In this document: positions 37,089 through 50,686 of the stretch, piece after piece
Layout: each line of letters starts with the position of its first letter
Position numbering within the stretch: position 1 is the stretch's first letter
Made by a program: the position numbers and the translations under genes
Source of the DNA: Catajapyx aquilonaris
Lineage: Eukaryota
Length of the DNA: 53,902 bases
Direction of reading: 5' to 3'
Assembly: GCA_000934665.2 (NCBI GenBank)
Contig: KZ538689.1
Span: 1 to 53,902 of the forward strand
The notes under the pieces: generated by a model
Seen by the model: the letters and a program-made list of their open reading frames with translations, nothing else
Told to the model about the DNA's origin: nothing
Databases searched by the model: none

Positions 37089-37694
37089 TAACTCCGCAAA
37101 AAAAAAATCTACTGATGTCAAAATTTTTCTTTGGATCGAAGAAAGTATGTCTTAGGAATATAGGCCTGCCATTTTTCATTTCATACAAAATTTATTAATC
37201 GCGATGGTATTAACTACATTGTGGGGTAGAAAAATACCCCACGTTGGTGGTTAAGTGTTTAAGACATTTTATCTCATTTGTTGTGTTTTGGTAACTGAAC
37301 CAATTTTTAAAATATTTCAAAGATAAATTAAAATATTTATTCCAGAGTAGTGAGTAAGGCCTGGGAACAGGACTGTTTACTGTCGTCTGATAAACTGCAT
37401 TGCGTTTAACGGTAATGGTTGCTGGTATAACCAAGGGTTTGAGGAGTTGTTTGGAATGGTGAGGTGTGTTGATTGACTGTTCTACAGAGCAGACTTTGTA
37501 TAGGTACCTCTTGTGGGAGAATACAGTCATCTGGGACTGGGAGCTGTCAGGTACCGTGTTTGATGGCATATAAGACACACTTTTTTCCCCCAAAAATTGC
37601 TCAAAAATCTTATATGCGCAAATGCATTACAAACTTTTTTTTACCAAATATTATCTGCTGAAATGGGGGTGCATCTTATATGCCGTCAAATACA

Positions 37695-38058
37695 GGGGAG
37701 GCAAAGTGGCGCTGTGATAACGTATGCGCCCACGGATGGAAGGGTCCCGCAGGTTCAATCCCAGGCCGGGGTCTCCCCCCTTCATCTCGTGCAGAGTTGG
37801 GTGGTCTCTGGCTTCATCTCAGGTGGAATCTCTGATAGGCTAATCCACCCGGGGGAGTTCAGAAAATGTACCATTACAGATATTGCACTTGCACCTTGTA
37901 CATCCCCTCACAGTAGTTACCCTGCCCGCAGACGACCCGGGTGATTCGCAACAAGGTTCCAATGTATGTACACATTGTACGCAGGCCTAAAAGAAAAATA
38001 AAGGTCTGTGGAATACCTCCTCAGTTGGGAGGTCTGCACTACCCAAATTATTTTTATT
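37695..38058 (+). mobile_element. SINE family B
   Basis: Homologous to 13700-14070 including the tail. Confidence 0.7.
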
Positions 38059-38071
38059 ACTGATGGTATAA

Positions 38072-39227
38072 CAGGGTGGATGGAAAGTTGCGGACCCCCC
38101 CCCCCCCCCNNNNNNNNNNNGTACTACGGGACGCATAAAGAATGTCCGGGGAGATTCTTCGTTCAGCCTGGCGGAGGCAAACCATTGCACAGGTGTGTAC
38201 ACACACACTTGTGTGTACGTCCATGCTTATCTGCCGAGTTTTTTCCCTCCTCCCTTAGCTACCCAGGTGCAATGGGTTGCCTCCACAAGGCTGAACGAAG
38301 AATCTCCCCGGACATTCTTTATGCGTCCGATAGTACACTATATTTTGAGGCATAATCTTAACAACATGTGAGCACCTTCGCTTCTGCAATTCCATTAATA
38401 ACTTCGCCTCTGTGACTAATCCATACATCCTATCTGATTTGTGTTTATTTTACTTGTTGCCTAGGAGGAACCTGGTCGTATTCTGCTGCAGGTAAGGTTT
38501 TCATGACCCTTTTCCATGAATTCCCTCCATTAAAATGTGGTGAATTCATTCCTGACCTTATTTTTCGCATTGATATATCACCTGGCCGAATAAAAATATG
38601 AAAAGTTGATTAACTTCTGGCGGACCCAGGGTCATTAGAGTAGGCTACTTTCCAATTCTCATTTTGGTACTCTCCATTTTTACTTTAAATTTTTTTTTTT
38701 TTTGGGGGGGGGGGGNGGGGGGCACAAAAGAACAGTAGACAGTAAATTAATCAATTCGACACATTTCCACATTAAGAATATCTCTTCAGAGGACACTCTT
38801 CTTTTTTTTATTTTTTTTATTTTTTTAAAAACCCCATTGGAGGGAACGAAGCCCTTTGAGGGGGGTGGATTACCACCATCTGGATTGATTTTCTAGTTTT
38901 TTTCTTCAGACTCCGTGCAAGGACATTAGGGATGTAGGGTAAGGATGGGGGGATTTGGGAGGGGGGACAGGTGCAAGTGCAATGTTATGTCTGAAAAGGG
39001 TCATGTGCAGTCCTCCAGGAGGCTGGTTGTCAAGACCCCTCCTTAGGCGCAGGCCAGAGACCCACTGACACAGGTGAAAGGTAACTCCCGGGCCGGGATT
39101 AGAACCCGGGACCTTTCGCACAGCAAGCTGAGACATTACCATCTCGGCCACCGCATCTTCCCCCAGAGGACACACGTACATTAGAATTCCAAATCTGGGA
39201 GGGGTCCGAAACTTTCCATCCACCCTG
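38072..39227. mobile_element. Tc1/mariner-type MITE with a nested hairpin MITE (38121-38335) and SINE C (about 38825-39163)
   Basis: CAGGGTGGATGGAAAGTT..CGGACCCC inverted ends; inner ~70-bp inverted repeats. Confidence 0.6.
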
Positions 39228-40381
39228 TATTATTATATGCCATCAAATGCGGTAACTCGTATTTGGAACAGCCATGAAGACGTGTCGTCAAGAGTTGTTG
39301 TGGAGTGTTCACAAGACGTAAACCAACCCTGGATGGCATTGGCCACCTCACAGGCACAGCTGGGTTAATAACTATAATGTTTCAAATACTCAGCCTAAAA
39401 AGCAGCAACAGTAGCTTATGTGGGAAAATTTTGGAAATTTTGGAACTTATTTCATTCATTTACATTATAATTTTGTCTTGTTTTACATGGACTCACTTAT
39501 TGGCACTGCACTGTGTTGCTGGAACCAATTAACAGTGTAAAACCGGTACCTACTTCCTGTAATTAGCGTCAAGTCTTCAATGTAGTTAACCCTTAATTAT
39601 TTATATTATTTTCAGTTCGCCTGAGAATGACCTAATTTGTGAATAAATTCATTTCCTAATTACATCGTGCCCATCGTTAATTATTAGTAGCCTTAGTAGT
39701 AAGTACGAGATGTTGCCCATTATGAAAATGATACCCAAAAGGATATTTACCTTCAAAGCAGGTGTACTTGTACTGTACAGCAGCTCTTTGTTCACAGTCA
39801 CACTTACGAACGCCAAAGGAAAGAAAGATTTCCTTTTCCTTGGAACCCTTTTCCTGGTTCGGTGGTTTTTGAAAAGTGATAATGCTATGCCTGGGATATG
39901 TTGTTGCTTCCTGTGATAATATTGCATACCACTGCCGCAGTGATAATGACAGACAGAATAGTGGTACTGCAATGTTTTTGTATACTTTCTGGCAAGTTTC
40001 TTTGTTACATAACACCTTTGTGCTTAGTCAGTATTAGTGTTCATTTAGAAAAATATATATATATATATATATAATGGAGTGTTGGAAGGAAATATCGCTC
40101 ATGAATATAGTTTAAGTGGTGTGTTTGCAAGCTCAGGCAAATCAGTAGTTACACGTGAATTCGGATTGTGATAAAAATTATTCATAACACTCCATCTCCT
40201 TCTTAAAAAGGCTTTTACATGGCGGAGGGAGGTGGAGAACACATAGATAGTGATGAGGTCATGACTCTCATGAGCATTCAATTTCTGGCAACCGGAATTA
40301 GCTGGCAGATCCCTGTTCCCTCTTGACCTTGCAGACTCACTTTAATCTTATAGTATAGATGATTCAGTGTAAAAACCATAA

Positions 40382-40857
40382 CCCTTAACTACATAGGTGG
40401 AACCTGAGAGGGTCTAACGACTATTTAAACGCATGTACCTGTAACTTTTTCATTGATTTTTTTTCCCCCCCTGTCCTTCCGTGACTTTGTCAGAAGAACC
40501 TTCTTCAGCATAAAAGGGAGAAAAAAAATTTTAAGTCCCTATTCTTTGGTTGAAAAAAATTCCTAACGAGGAACAGGTCCCACCTGGAGCCGCTCAGGCT
40601 CCACATACGTAGGTTGAGCCTGAGCGGCTCCAACATGATGTAACCTTTTGATTTTAAATGTTTCCCTGTCGGAATATGCTGACTCAGCATGTGATTTTTA
40701 CGTTTTCGGAAGCCTAATGATCTGACCTGCACTTTCTGTATGTGAAAAGTCCAATATAACAATTTAGTTGATAAGCAGAGATTTAAATATACCGTTGGAG
40801 CCACTCAGGCTCCACCTACGTAGTTAAAGGTGTTTCGCCCACCTACGTAGTGAAGGG
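40382..40857. mobile_element. piggyBac-like MITE family P1, copy 2
   Basis: Colinear with 26235-26704; ATAA/TTAA flanks. Confidence 0.85.
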
Positions 40858-40985
40858 TTAACAAAACATTGATATAGTCAAATGATTACCATTCAACTGA
40901 CCTTAATGTGAATTTCAGTGTAGTGACAGGCTGCTTAAGGCCGGTTTCACCAGTGCAGGATTCAGTAAGAATCGCAGAGAGATAT

Positions 40986-41026
<41 letters not shown>

Positions 41027-41475
41027 TCGTTTTGTATCCAATCTCTATCTGACAATCTGGCACTATCAGACCCAATGCATCTTTCTCTCAAGTAGCCTAC
41101 AGATTAGATACAATAACAAGCTGAGAGTCTTGTCAACTGACCATGTAATAAGTCACATAGAGGGCTTGTCTCCCTATTCTGTATATGCAATATAGTGTGT
41201 GTTCACTGCAATTCAAGTTATCTAAGATCAACACTTAACAGCAAGCATTTATGATAACACCTAACAAGTGCAACTGTGCAATAGTAATTCACTATTAATA
41301 AACGGTTTATTAATAGTGAATTACTTGGAGGTTTATTATAAACCTCCAAGTACCAAAAAATGCGAACCACTACGAACAATTCAGTTTGGAACACACTGTG
41401 TATTACAAATGGCCTGCCCTCTTTATGAAGAAAAAGTCATACTAGCAACTATAACCAAAGTTGTGATTTCCTTAA

Positions 41476-41765
41476 CCCTGGAACCGTGACGTGGGGTCTT
41501 TTCGGACCCCAAAGGAATTAAAATGCATTAAAATTATAATTACAATGAACTGTTGCCATTAAAAAAAAGTATATAACAGAAAGTGCATGTTTATTTTGAA
41601 TTAGCGATCATTTTAGGCATTGTTCAAAGATGAATGATTGCATATAGTCAATACATTGAAAAGTATTAGATAAAAATTAATAAAAATTAAAATATGGATG
41701 GGGTCCTATAAAAGACCCCACGTCACGGTTAGCGTGTAACTTTCAGGCACGTCACGGTTCCAGGG
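41476..41765. mobile_element. piggyBac-like MITE family P2
   Basis: TTAA-CCCTGGAACCGTGACGTG ... CACGTCACGGTTCCAGGG-TTAA. Confidence 0.85.
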
Positions 41766-41832
41766 TTAACAAGAGCTGAAAATAGAGAACTAGTACCATT
41801 ATCAAGTCGAATCTCACACAATATCAGTACTT

Positions 41833-41868
<36 letters not shown>

Positions 41869-42029
41869 ATGTAGCCTATACAGTATAAGGCCCTCTACCC
41901 TTCTCATCATTCATTCTCCCTCTTCTTTATTGCACATTCCAGACGAAAGATACAAAGAGTTACAGAATCGTAAGTAACAGAAAAAGGCATCCGTCAGGAG
42001 TGAAGGTCCTGACTCACAAGAGACAAGGG

Positions 42030-43730
42030 CCTAAGTGTTCAAAACAGACAATATTCTGTCTACCGCTAGGCAGAATAAGGTGTTAAATTCCACTAGGAAA
42101 CACGTGACGAAGGCAGTCCTTGGGCACGGCCAACCCAGTCCTCTGGACGTGGCCACACTCAGTATAGGGACACCTGTCCTGGTGTCCTCGGTCACAAGGG
42201 CATTGGGCATCCTCCATCCTTCCTTTCAGCCTAAAGTGAGACACGTAAGCCCGGAATGGGCCATGGCCGGATATGACCCAGGCCACATGTCCATGCAGGT
42301 GACGGTCGTCATCCACCTCGGGAAGGAAGGCATGGCACCAATCCCCTCTCGTCGCCCACCTCATCTGGCAGTTCATCAGGTAACGATGCCAACACCTCCT
42401 CCCCACGGCTGCTCCGGTCTCTGGCAAGAAGGCCCTCTCCACCATCAGGCCAGCCGCTCTCCATGCTTCGCTGTCCACTCGCTCGTTGCCTAGGATTCCA
42501 GCATGCCCCTTGGCCCAGCAGAGGGTCACCTCAGCTGAAATGGAACGCAGCACCTCCCTCGTCCTGGCCGCCACACCATCGATGAAATTCTGGAGTCAGC
42601 TAATGTCTGCAGGGCCGACATAGAGTCGGACAGTATATCCACGCCACACTGCCCCTCAGTAGCTGCATCTCTGCCAGCATCTCAACGGCCCTCTCCACCA
42701 CGTCCAGCTCCACCTCGTAGATTCCCGCCTTTGTCAGTAAAGCGACTCATCTTACAAACAACTCCTCAGCACTCCCACTGATGCCCACCATGGCCACACC
42801 AGCTTTCTGGTCTCTTGTGAAGATGATCACATCCAGCCCCTTGGGAGACTCTGTCCATTTCAGGATGTCTAGCCACTCCCACTGCTAGGGGTGGACAAGA
42901 TGGTACATCACCCGGCTCCTCATCGTGGGCCTAGCAGCTTTTTGTTCCAGAAAGTCCCAAAGAGCTTAGTATCTAGCTTGAGGCTGTAGGTCCGGAGGCG
43001 GACAGCTGGCAAAGATGTTCAGGATCGCATTGGGGGTTGTCCGATATGTCCTAGTAGTCACCAGAAGCATCAGCCGGATGGCCACCTGCAGGCAGGACCT
43101 GATGCTCATATCGGTTGGATGTCTTCCTCACACCTCGGACCTGAACAGCAGAATCGAGAGAATGGCCCATCCCAACACCACACATCTACTATGGGGGGCC
43201 ATCCTCCAGTTGAGGCCTGCCACCCTCCAGATCCTGGCCAGCAGCCCCCACACCTTGTCCCTCATGATGCAGGCGTGTGAGATCCAAGTCAGGCGCACGT
43301 CGAGATGGAGCCCAAGACTCTGACTGGGTTCAGTGGGGCTTAACGTCGGCCTATTTCTGCCTGTAAGGCTCAACACCGACGCCATGGGGGGTGTCCTCCT
43401 CCTGGAAATTTGGCCACTCTGGGGATCTTTAACGTGCACTCGCGCAATGACACAAGCACACGGGACCGACGGCTTTACTTCCCCTCCGAAGGAAGGCGCA
43501 CTCTCACTTTTCTACCACCCGGAGAAAAGTCACCGACCTCGGTCGAGTTCGAACCACAACCTTCGGACCAGAGGCGAGCCCCAAGACTCTGATTGTCAAT
43601 CCCAACGTGATGTGCTCTCCCTGGAAGGCCACCCTCGGCTTCCCTTCCAACAGATGGTATGGGAGGAAAAGGCCCTACAATATCAGCGAGTACTATACAG
43701 ACAAGCAGGTGTTTAGGGGCAAATGTAGGT
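42030..43730 (-). mobile_element. Degenerate non-LTR retrotransposon (RNase H-bearing, R1/I group) 3' region
   Basis: VTLCWAKGHAGILGNERVDSEA RNase H motif, upstream ILSDSMSAL, downstream SGHGPFRAY and Cys/His knuckle remnants; frameshifted; SINE D inserted. Confidence 0.75.
43322..43578 (-). mobile_element. SINE family D
   Basis: Inverted copy of 27254-27498; TSD CCCAAGACTCTGA. Confidence 0.75.
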
Positions 43731-43774
43731 GGTTGTCCAGTAAATTGGGAAAGCTGTTGTCAGATATATATTAA

Positions 43775-44239
43775 CCCTTAACTGCGTAGGTGGGCGAAAC
43801 ACCTTTAACTACGTGGGTGGAGCCTGAGAGGCTCCAACGGTATAAATTTCTGCTTATCAACTAAATTGTTATATTGGACTTTTCACATACAGAAAGTGCA
43901 GTTCAGGTCATTAGGCTTCCGAAAACGTAAAAATCACACGCTTAGTCAGCATATTCCGACAAGGAAAAAATTTTAATGAAAAGGTTACATCATGTTTGAG
44001 CCGCTCAGGCTTCACCTACGAGATATAGAGCCAGAGCGGTTCCAGGAGGGACCTGTTCCTCGTTACGAATTTTTTATAACCAAAGAATAATTACTAAAAT
44101 AAACTTTCTTTCATTTTCATGCTTAGGAAGGTTTTTCTGACAGTCACGGAAGGACAGGGGAAAATAAAATTCAGTGAAAAAGTTACATGCGTTTAAATAG
44201 TGCTTGGAGCCTCTCAGGCTCCACCTACGTAGTTAAGGG
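43775..44239. mobile_element. piggyBac-like MITE family P1, copy 3 (inverted)
   Basis: TTAA flanks, same TIRs and body as copies 1 and 2. Confidence 0.85.
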
Positions 44240-44529
44240 TTAAAAACTCATGCATCTATGGTGGTTGGCCACTGGGGTTTTAAATGGCAAAAATACAACA
44301 GTGGTGTGGCACTTGGGGTATCATCAAGAGTAGATGCATGTGTGTTGTGCCACATGCTGGTGTTTCTTTCCCTATCCCATTCTACCCTGTGTACACAGTA
44401 CAGTACTTTGCCACAACAAGCCCACTTGAACTGACTCAACTACTGGCATGGCTAAAAGACGCCAAAATACAAATATCTTCTGGCCCCTGATTTCAATTGC
44501 ATCCTGCTCTGTGCATGAAAATAGGATAA

Positions 44530-44531
44530 TG

Positions 44532-44603
<72 letters not shown>
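44530..44603. repeat. (TAA)n microsatellite
   Basis: Direct reading; similar tracts at 13698-13752 and 31227-31301, and (GA)n tracts near 35080, 40988 and 41834. Confidence 0.95.
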
Positions 44604-44605
<2 letters not shown>

Positions 44606-44678
44606 GTACCTAGTTTTTAAGAGGCTTGTACTGTACGTATCACTTCCTTAAAAATATAACATGACAGTGCAAGCAAAT

Positions 44679-44684
44679 TTTATT
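44679..44684 (-). terminator. Candidate polyadenylation signal of CHMP1A
   Basis: AATAAA on the minus strand about 120 nt after the stop. Confidence 0.35.
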
Positions 44685-44803
44685 ACAAATACAGTATTGA
44701 GGAGGAAATAACAGTGCATGTGTTTACTCCAGCTGACTCTTCATTAAGCCATGTTGCTGAAACATTCTCAATTTTGGATCAGGAATGCAACCAAGTATCT
44801 GTT

Positions 44804-44825
44804 CTAATTCCGCAATGCTGCCAGT
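44804..44825 (-). CDS. CHMP1A: CHMP1A terminal coding exon (R)LAALRN*
   Basis: Acceptor tttccttgcag|A CTG GCA GCA TTG CGG AAT TAG completes the MIM1 motif (DELSKRLAALRN) after a 5.9-kb intron. Confidence 0.9.
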
Positions 44826-45359
44826 CTGCAAGGAAACAAAAAACATATATCAGTTAACAAGTCACTAGTACCCCATACAATGTATCACAAGGAGAAAATA
44901 TGCTCTCAAGTTTCATAAGACAAGACAAATACAATTACTGGCAATTTCATCAGGCACAGGCTGAGACAGAATTATTTCCAAACCAATTGAATGGCCCAAT
45001 AGAACAAGGGCCCATGCCCAGGGTGAAATCTGGGAGGCAGCAGATATATTTATTTTAAATTCCTAAACTACTTGAAGTATTAAAATTCTGCAAAAGGAAT
45101 AGGCCTAAGACTAACACATTAATGTTGGAACACCAATGGAGGGTACTGTTTTTCCCAAATTTCAACCTTGGACTTGTGCCCTTGTTCTGTGTAGGGAGAT
45201 GACATGGGTCCAGTGCTATTGGAAGATAGTTTTTCCTATTACAGTAAAACTTCCATAAGTCGACTCTCCATAGGACCAGGAAAAAACTACGAGTTGTAGA
45301 AGATTCGAGTTAGAGAAGTTTGGAATTATTTAACCTCCTGAGACCTGATGTCCAATATA

Positions 45360-46257
45360 CGAGGTGTGATCGAAAAGTTCCCGGACTGTGTTCATAAAAA
45401 CATTATTATTTACATTAAGTCCTAATTTCCACTGCCACCTTCAAAGTAGTCACCTTGGGCACGTATACAACAATTCCAGCGAATTTCCCATTTTTGGAAG
45501 CACCAAAAAAAATTGACCAACAGTAGTGTGTTCAACACCTGCTGCGATTTTGCTTAGACCTCTTTAGTGGAGTCAAAATGCCTCCTTTTCTACCCAAATT
45601 TCATTTTAGGGAAGAGGTAGAAATCACGTGGTGCCAGGACAAACGAATATGCAGGGTGGGGAATAGTGGTCATGTTATTTTTTTATCAGGAAGTCCCTGA
45701 CTGTGTGCAGGCGGCATTGTCATGGTGCAGCAACCAGTCTATGTTCTCCCACATCTCCGGCCATTTGAGGCTAAATCGTCTCAAACCATCGCAGTAACAC
45801 TTGCCGTTGACAGTTTTACCAGGAGGGAGAAACTCCATATGCACAATTCCTAAAATGTCAAATAAAATGATCAGCATTGAGTTGATTTTACCGCGAACTT
45901 GGCGCGCCACTTTTGAAGCTGTTAAACCACTCATATGTTAATGCTTGTCTTACAACTTGCTCATCAAAAGCCTTGTTCAGCATTCGGTTGGTTGCATCCG
46001 AAGTTTTGTTGAGCCGGAAGCAAAATTTAATACAAATCTTTTGCTCCCTAACATCAGCCATTTCGAAAAATCGCAGAAGCACAACAACACGGTGTCAAGA
46101 AAACTGCCGAAACTCGGAAACATGTGCACCTATGAAGACGAGATTTTTCAGACTAATAGATGAAAGGTGCACCTAGCGCCCCCTAACGTCACAAGTTCGT
46201 AGCTCCACTGGTTTGCGCGGTATATCGACAGTCCGGGAACTTTTTGATCACACCTCG
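45360..46257 (-). mobile_element. Internally deleted mariner transposon (transposase pseudogene)
   Basis: TA TSD; TIR CGAGGTGTGATC.AAAAGTTCCCGGACTG; MADVREQKICIKFCF..YEWFNSFKSG (HTH) and MLIILFD..GIVHMEFLPPGKTVN..LLHHDNA. Confidence 0.9.
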
Positions 46258-46415
46258 TATTGGACATCAGGTCTCAGGAGGTTAAGCACCTAACTCTATA
46301 AGGAAGCCTACCTTTATATACAGCAAGGAAAGGTGTTCAAAACTTTAAAATTATTGTCACTATCACACTTACAATGTTTCTCATTGTTATGTTGGAAAAA
46401 AAGAATCTCCGATAT

Positions 46416-47311
46416 CCTCCTGAGACCTGGTGTCGACATATGTCGACATCAGCAAAAGATTTTTTTGGCGCCAACCAGTGATGCCAACAGAACTGTAATA
46501 GGCTGGTATCCCATGGTTACAATCTGGCCTCAATAGCTGTAGCCACCTAGCGTCGAATATCTGGCTTGGGCCGCGAAAATTAAATCGCGGACAAAATGGC
46601 GGATTCCGCTGCTGAAGCTTAGGTGCTCATCTGATAAGTTTTATTTTTTTACTCATATTTAGAATGCGATTTTCGCAATGCAGTGAATGTCCTGGGATTC
46701 GCAAGGAATGTGTCTTAGGAACTGCGAAAAGATGATTCTGTGACAATCTTTGTTGCTGTAGAGAACTGGTAATTTTCTTTTCTTCCTGAGACAAAATGTC
46801 CATTTAAATGGACATCCGAAAAATGGCATTTTTAGCTGAATGGGTGTGACTTTTCTTTACGTGCCTGTACCTATACACCCATAAGGAAGTGGGCTTTTCA
46901 CTGTGCAGTTCAGTTTTAAAATCTAGAATAGCAAGTACCACTCTAGCGGGTAAGAAGGGAAGGAGCAAGCCCCATGCCTGGAGTGGTGGCGTTAAAAAAT
47001 TATTTCATTTATCTTTAATTGTCTTCTGAGAGGAATTGCTACCACTAATTCCACAAATGAATTTTAAAAACATTGTTTGGAGGATAGAGCACTATGTGAG
47101 TGATCCATTAAGTGGTATTTCAATTTTCAGCTTTCATCCGTTCTGCTTTTGTAGCACCAATTGGGTCCTAATGTTCTCATTGGTTGTTTGTCGCCATTTT
47201 TGTCGATATTTTAAAACTAAAATTTTTTTCTCGTTTCTTATTGGGAACATGTTCAGAAAATGCAATAGGAACTGACATTGCGTTAAAAAATTCTTCTCAG
47301 GTCTCAGGAGG
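46416..47311. mobile_element. piggyBac-like non-autonomous element
   Basis: TIR CCTCCTGAGACCTG / CAGGTCTCAGGAGG; ATAT/TTAT flanks at a TTAT site of the host MITE. Confidence 0.65.
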
Positions 47312-47949
47312 TTATGGACATTTGGCTACTCTTAGATTCAAGGATTCAATTGTCACAATCGATTCAAACATTTCTTTCGGTAAGTCTGATAGACTGAGAT
47401 CAGGACATTGAGCCTTTCTGTACATGTGGCCTACTCTCGACCCTTCGGCTGGGAAATGAGAAAATTTTCCGTACTGGCCAACATGAACTTCGACTTAGGG
47501 AGACTGAAAATGCATTGATATCCCATCGTAAGGCCCTGCCAGCACTTCCAGTTATGGAGAACTTCGAGTTATAGAAATTCGAGTTAGGGAAGTTTATTTC
47601 CTATTATTTTACATTGTGACCAACCAAGCTCATCATTTTCTTCGACTTATAGAGAACTTCGACTTCGGGAAGTTCGACTTATGGAAGTTTTACTGTATAT
47701 TGAAAAATTTCCTACCTGAAGCACAGATGTGGTTGTTTTACTACATGCTGTCACAAGTGGTTCATCAAGGAAGTCAATTATGTACCCCCGCGAGCATAAA
47801 GATGGAGACGGCAGGCCCTTTTTTGACCTTTCTTTATCCGCCTCAAATTAATGAACTCTTTTTGGACCGAGTTAGCTGCTTCAGGCGTGTGTTTGTGTAT
47901 TTATGACAGTATATTTGATACCATAACAGCTGAGATTGGCAGAGCAGCC

Positions 47950-48400
47950 TGCCGAAGGTGAGGGCCTGCCGTCTCCATCTTTATGCTCCCAGGTGTACAT
48001 TTGGCCAGAGCAGGAAAGTGTGAACTCACAGTCCTGACATGATTGCATCACTATGTACAAAATTGGTTCCCCCACCCCCACCCCCCACAAGGGCACACAG
48101 TTGTGTAAAATCAATCAATCAATCGATACATACATAGAGAGATAAAAACTTTGTTCCTGCCACTGCAGAAATATGTTTCTCTTCCCTGATGCCTGTCCAG
48201 ACCAAAACCATAACCACACCATGATAAGGTATTGGTTTATCCAGGTGTATAACAAACTATTTGGACAAGTGTTGCATAATTCCCAACACATGGCCACAGT
48301 TATTTACCATGTGATCGCCACTTTGCAATACTTGAGAATAAGCCCAGGAAAAAGGAGGTGGTGGAAACCCACCATGAATGGAAGGATATGGTGCCCTCCC
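47950..48400 (+). mobile_element. Degenerate DNA-transposase fragment (Sola-like, tentative)
   Basis: LFPDACPDQNHN and, in another frame, GHSYLPCDRHFAILE, resembling DxCxxQNxN / GHSxLxxDRxF transposase motifs. Confidence 0.45.
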
Positions 48401-48640
48401 CCCCCCCCCCCCCCNCTTCTACAACTGACCCATTTCCAGAAAACATACACTCTGTATGGCCACAAAAATGGTCAAATTTACACAGAAATTGCAAAAAAAA
48501 AAGTTGAACAAAGGCTCGCGACCCCCCGCGACCCCCAGGTTGGAAACCACTGCACTAAGTTTTGCCATACCAAGTTTTCGGGCTATTAATTTTGCCTGAT
48601 CTTTTGGACCATCTGCCTGCACACGAGCAATACATTGAGC

Positions 48641-48976
48641 CAAGGGGGTAGTCACTCCTCAAAAAAGTGTACACCGGCTCTCTTGAGTTTCGGCTCTCCA
48701 CGGCTCTCCGCGGCTCTCTTCAGCTCTCCCCCGGCTCACTAGCAGGCTCTCCACGGTCTTATGGGCTCACCGATGCCTCGGAGAGCCACAAAGAGCCTCG
48801 GAGAGCCCCGGAGAGCCGCAGAGAGCTGCGGAGAGCCAACTACGTAGCAACTCGCGGGGTTGATGATATGACATCAATATGACATAGTTTTGCCTCGGCT
48901 CTCCGCGACTCTCCTCGGCTCTCCGTGGCTCACCAGTGAGGGTGTACACCGGCTCTCCGAAGTGGCTACCCCCTTG
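48641..48976. mobile_element. MITE with 8-bp TSD (P- or hAT-like) and 10-bp CGGCTCTCC subrepeats
   Basis: TSD CATTGAGC; TIR CAAGGGGGTAG.CACT. Confidence 0.75.
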
Positions 48977-50686
48977 CATTGAGCCTTTGGGTTACTCAGA
49001 GGCCTCCTGGGAGGGTCGGGAGTGAACCCGGCTGTAGTTTCTATTTTTGTGACTCGCAGGAGATAATGTGAACCTTTTGATTTCCGTTATGAACAGGGAT
49101 TTTCTTTGAAAGGAGACAAAAATCCTTTCTGTTTCCATGTTGGGCAGGTTCTGTTATAGCCGTCAAAAAATACATTGCATGCCCTATGCATACGCCCATT
49201 CCCGGGAAAAATTCCACAATGGATAGGTTTCTGCTATCCCCAGGGTCTGTAATGGGCCGGTTTCACTGTACGAGGAAGGTGGCTGAGATGGTGGATGCAT
49301 TAAAACAATGAAGACTGTAGGTTTTTGTTTGAAAGCTCAAAAGGCTACTATAACATGTTTAAAAATGCTCAGTTGGAGACAGTTGGAGATGATTATTAAT
49401 GACTGGTGACCGTTCATTGCAAAATTATCATGTATCCAGACCAGCCTCCGGACTCTCCTATACCAAGTCCACAGCTCCCCTGTATTCACTAGTTGTACTC
49501 CCCCACCCAGGTGGCTCAAAGCAATACCTTTTTAACAATAGAACAAGGGCCCAAGTCCAAGGCTAAAAATTTGGAATAATGGCAGAGTTGCACACTCCAT
49601 CAATGTGCCAAAATTATCATGCCTCCGTGCTGCCCTTTCAGACTTACTCCTTTTAAACAATTTCAATACCTCAAATAGTTTAGGAATTAAAAATAAAATT
49701 CTTCACCCCCAACTCTTTTTTCACCCTGGACATGAGCCCTTGTTCTATTAGGCCTTTCAATTACAAGATGGTATTCTCTGCCTTTTGGAAGGCCAACTTA
49801 ATCCTATTGATCTGAGATACAGAGAATGTTCACACTTCAAGAAGGAAGTAGCAGTGAGGTTTGATGTTCAGGACATCTACAAAATTAATGTTATTCAAAA
49901 ATTTCCCTTCCAGGGTGAATTTTGTGGGGAGGCTGGATAATTTTTGGTGGAAGTTGTTCCTAATTACATTCAGTACAAAGTGAAACTAAGTTTTTAACTA
50001 TTTGTTTTCTGAATAGTGAAAACCGAGCCTTGAATGTTGAGAATATGCCATTTTTTTCTCAGGTGAAATAGCCAACGGAGATGCTAGGAATCTGACAAAA
50101 AAAAGACAAGTGGTAGGTGATTAGCTGCTCTTGCTAGCAGACACACAGTAGCAAGGCGTCACCCAGCTAAATTCTCATGAATTCCCGCACATTTTGAATC
50201 ACGTTTCACTTCCGTAGGTGTACTAATTGGAAAGTTATGCGGAAATAAAAATAGTTACCGACTTCTGCTACACCCTGATATATCTCAAAAAATTGGCCAC
50301 TAACTGAAATTGTAATAAAAATAAACACACAAATTCTGCCAGATTCCTAGCACCGTTTGTGGCCATTCCAAATGCAAAAAATTGCAAATTCTCAACTTTC
50401 AAGGCCAAGTCAGAAAACATTTAAAACCTCAGTTTCAATTCATTTAATATCATCAGAAACAACTTCCAGTAAATATTGATTTGGCTCATTGCAAATCCAT
50501 CCAGGAAGGGACCCTTTGATTGGTTGATCAGTTCTAGGAAAAACTATTTGACTTCACCTGATTTGGTGAGAAAATAGTTACAGCTCAGCTATGCTTTACA
50601 ATTAGAGTTCAGTCAATAATTGCCACCTCTTCCTTACTCAGAAGCACCCTTTCAAATATGACAATTCCTCCTCTTATGCTCCACAC

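Larger units (their letters stand above)
35518..37257. mobile_element. piggyBac-like element hosting a Harbinger-like MITE and a SINE
   Basis: TTAA-CACTTAACCACC ... GGTGGTTAAGTG-TTTAA. Confidence 0.55.
45242..47695. mobile_element. pogo/Tigger-like MITE carrying three nested insertions
   Basis: TA-CAGTAAAACTTCCATAAGTCGA ... TCGACTTATGGAAGTTTTACTG-TA; uninterrupted relative at 11882-12413. Confidence 0.8.

Noticed and set aside
38110..38120. N runs adjoining poly-C/G tracts (also near 31173, 38716, 48415)
   Set aside because: Assembly or sequencing ambiguity, not biology.
38465..38491. Plus-strand 27-nt micro-exon (AG...GTAAGG)
   Set aside because: Lies within a MITE, and no partner exons were found.
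39497..39590. Possible alternative non-coding first exon of MsrA (donor AA|GTGAGT)
   Set aside because: Supported only by a donor motif; cannot be established without transcripts.
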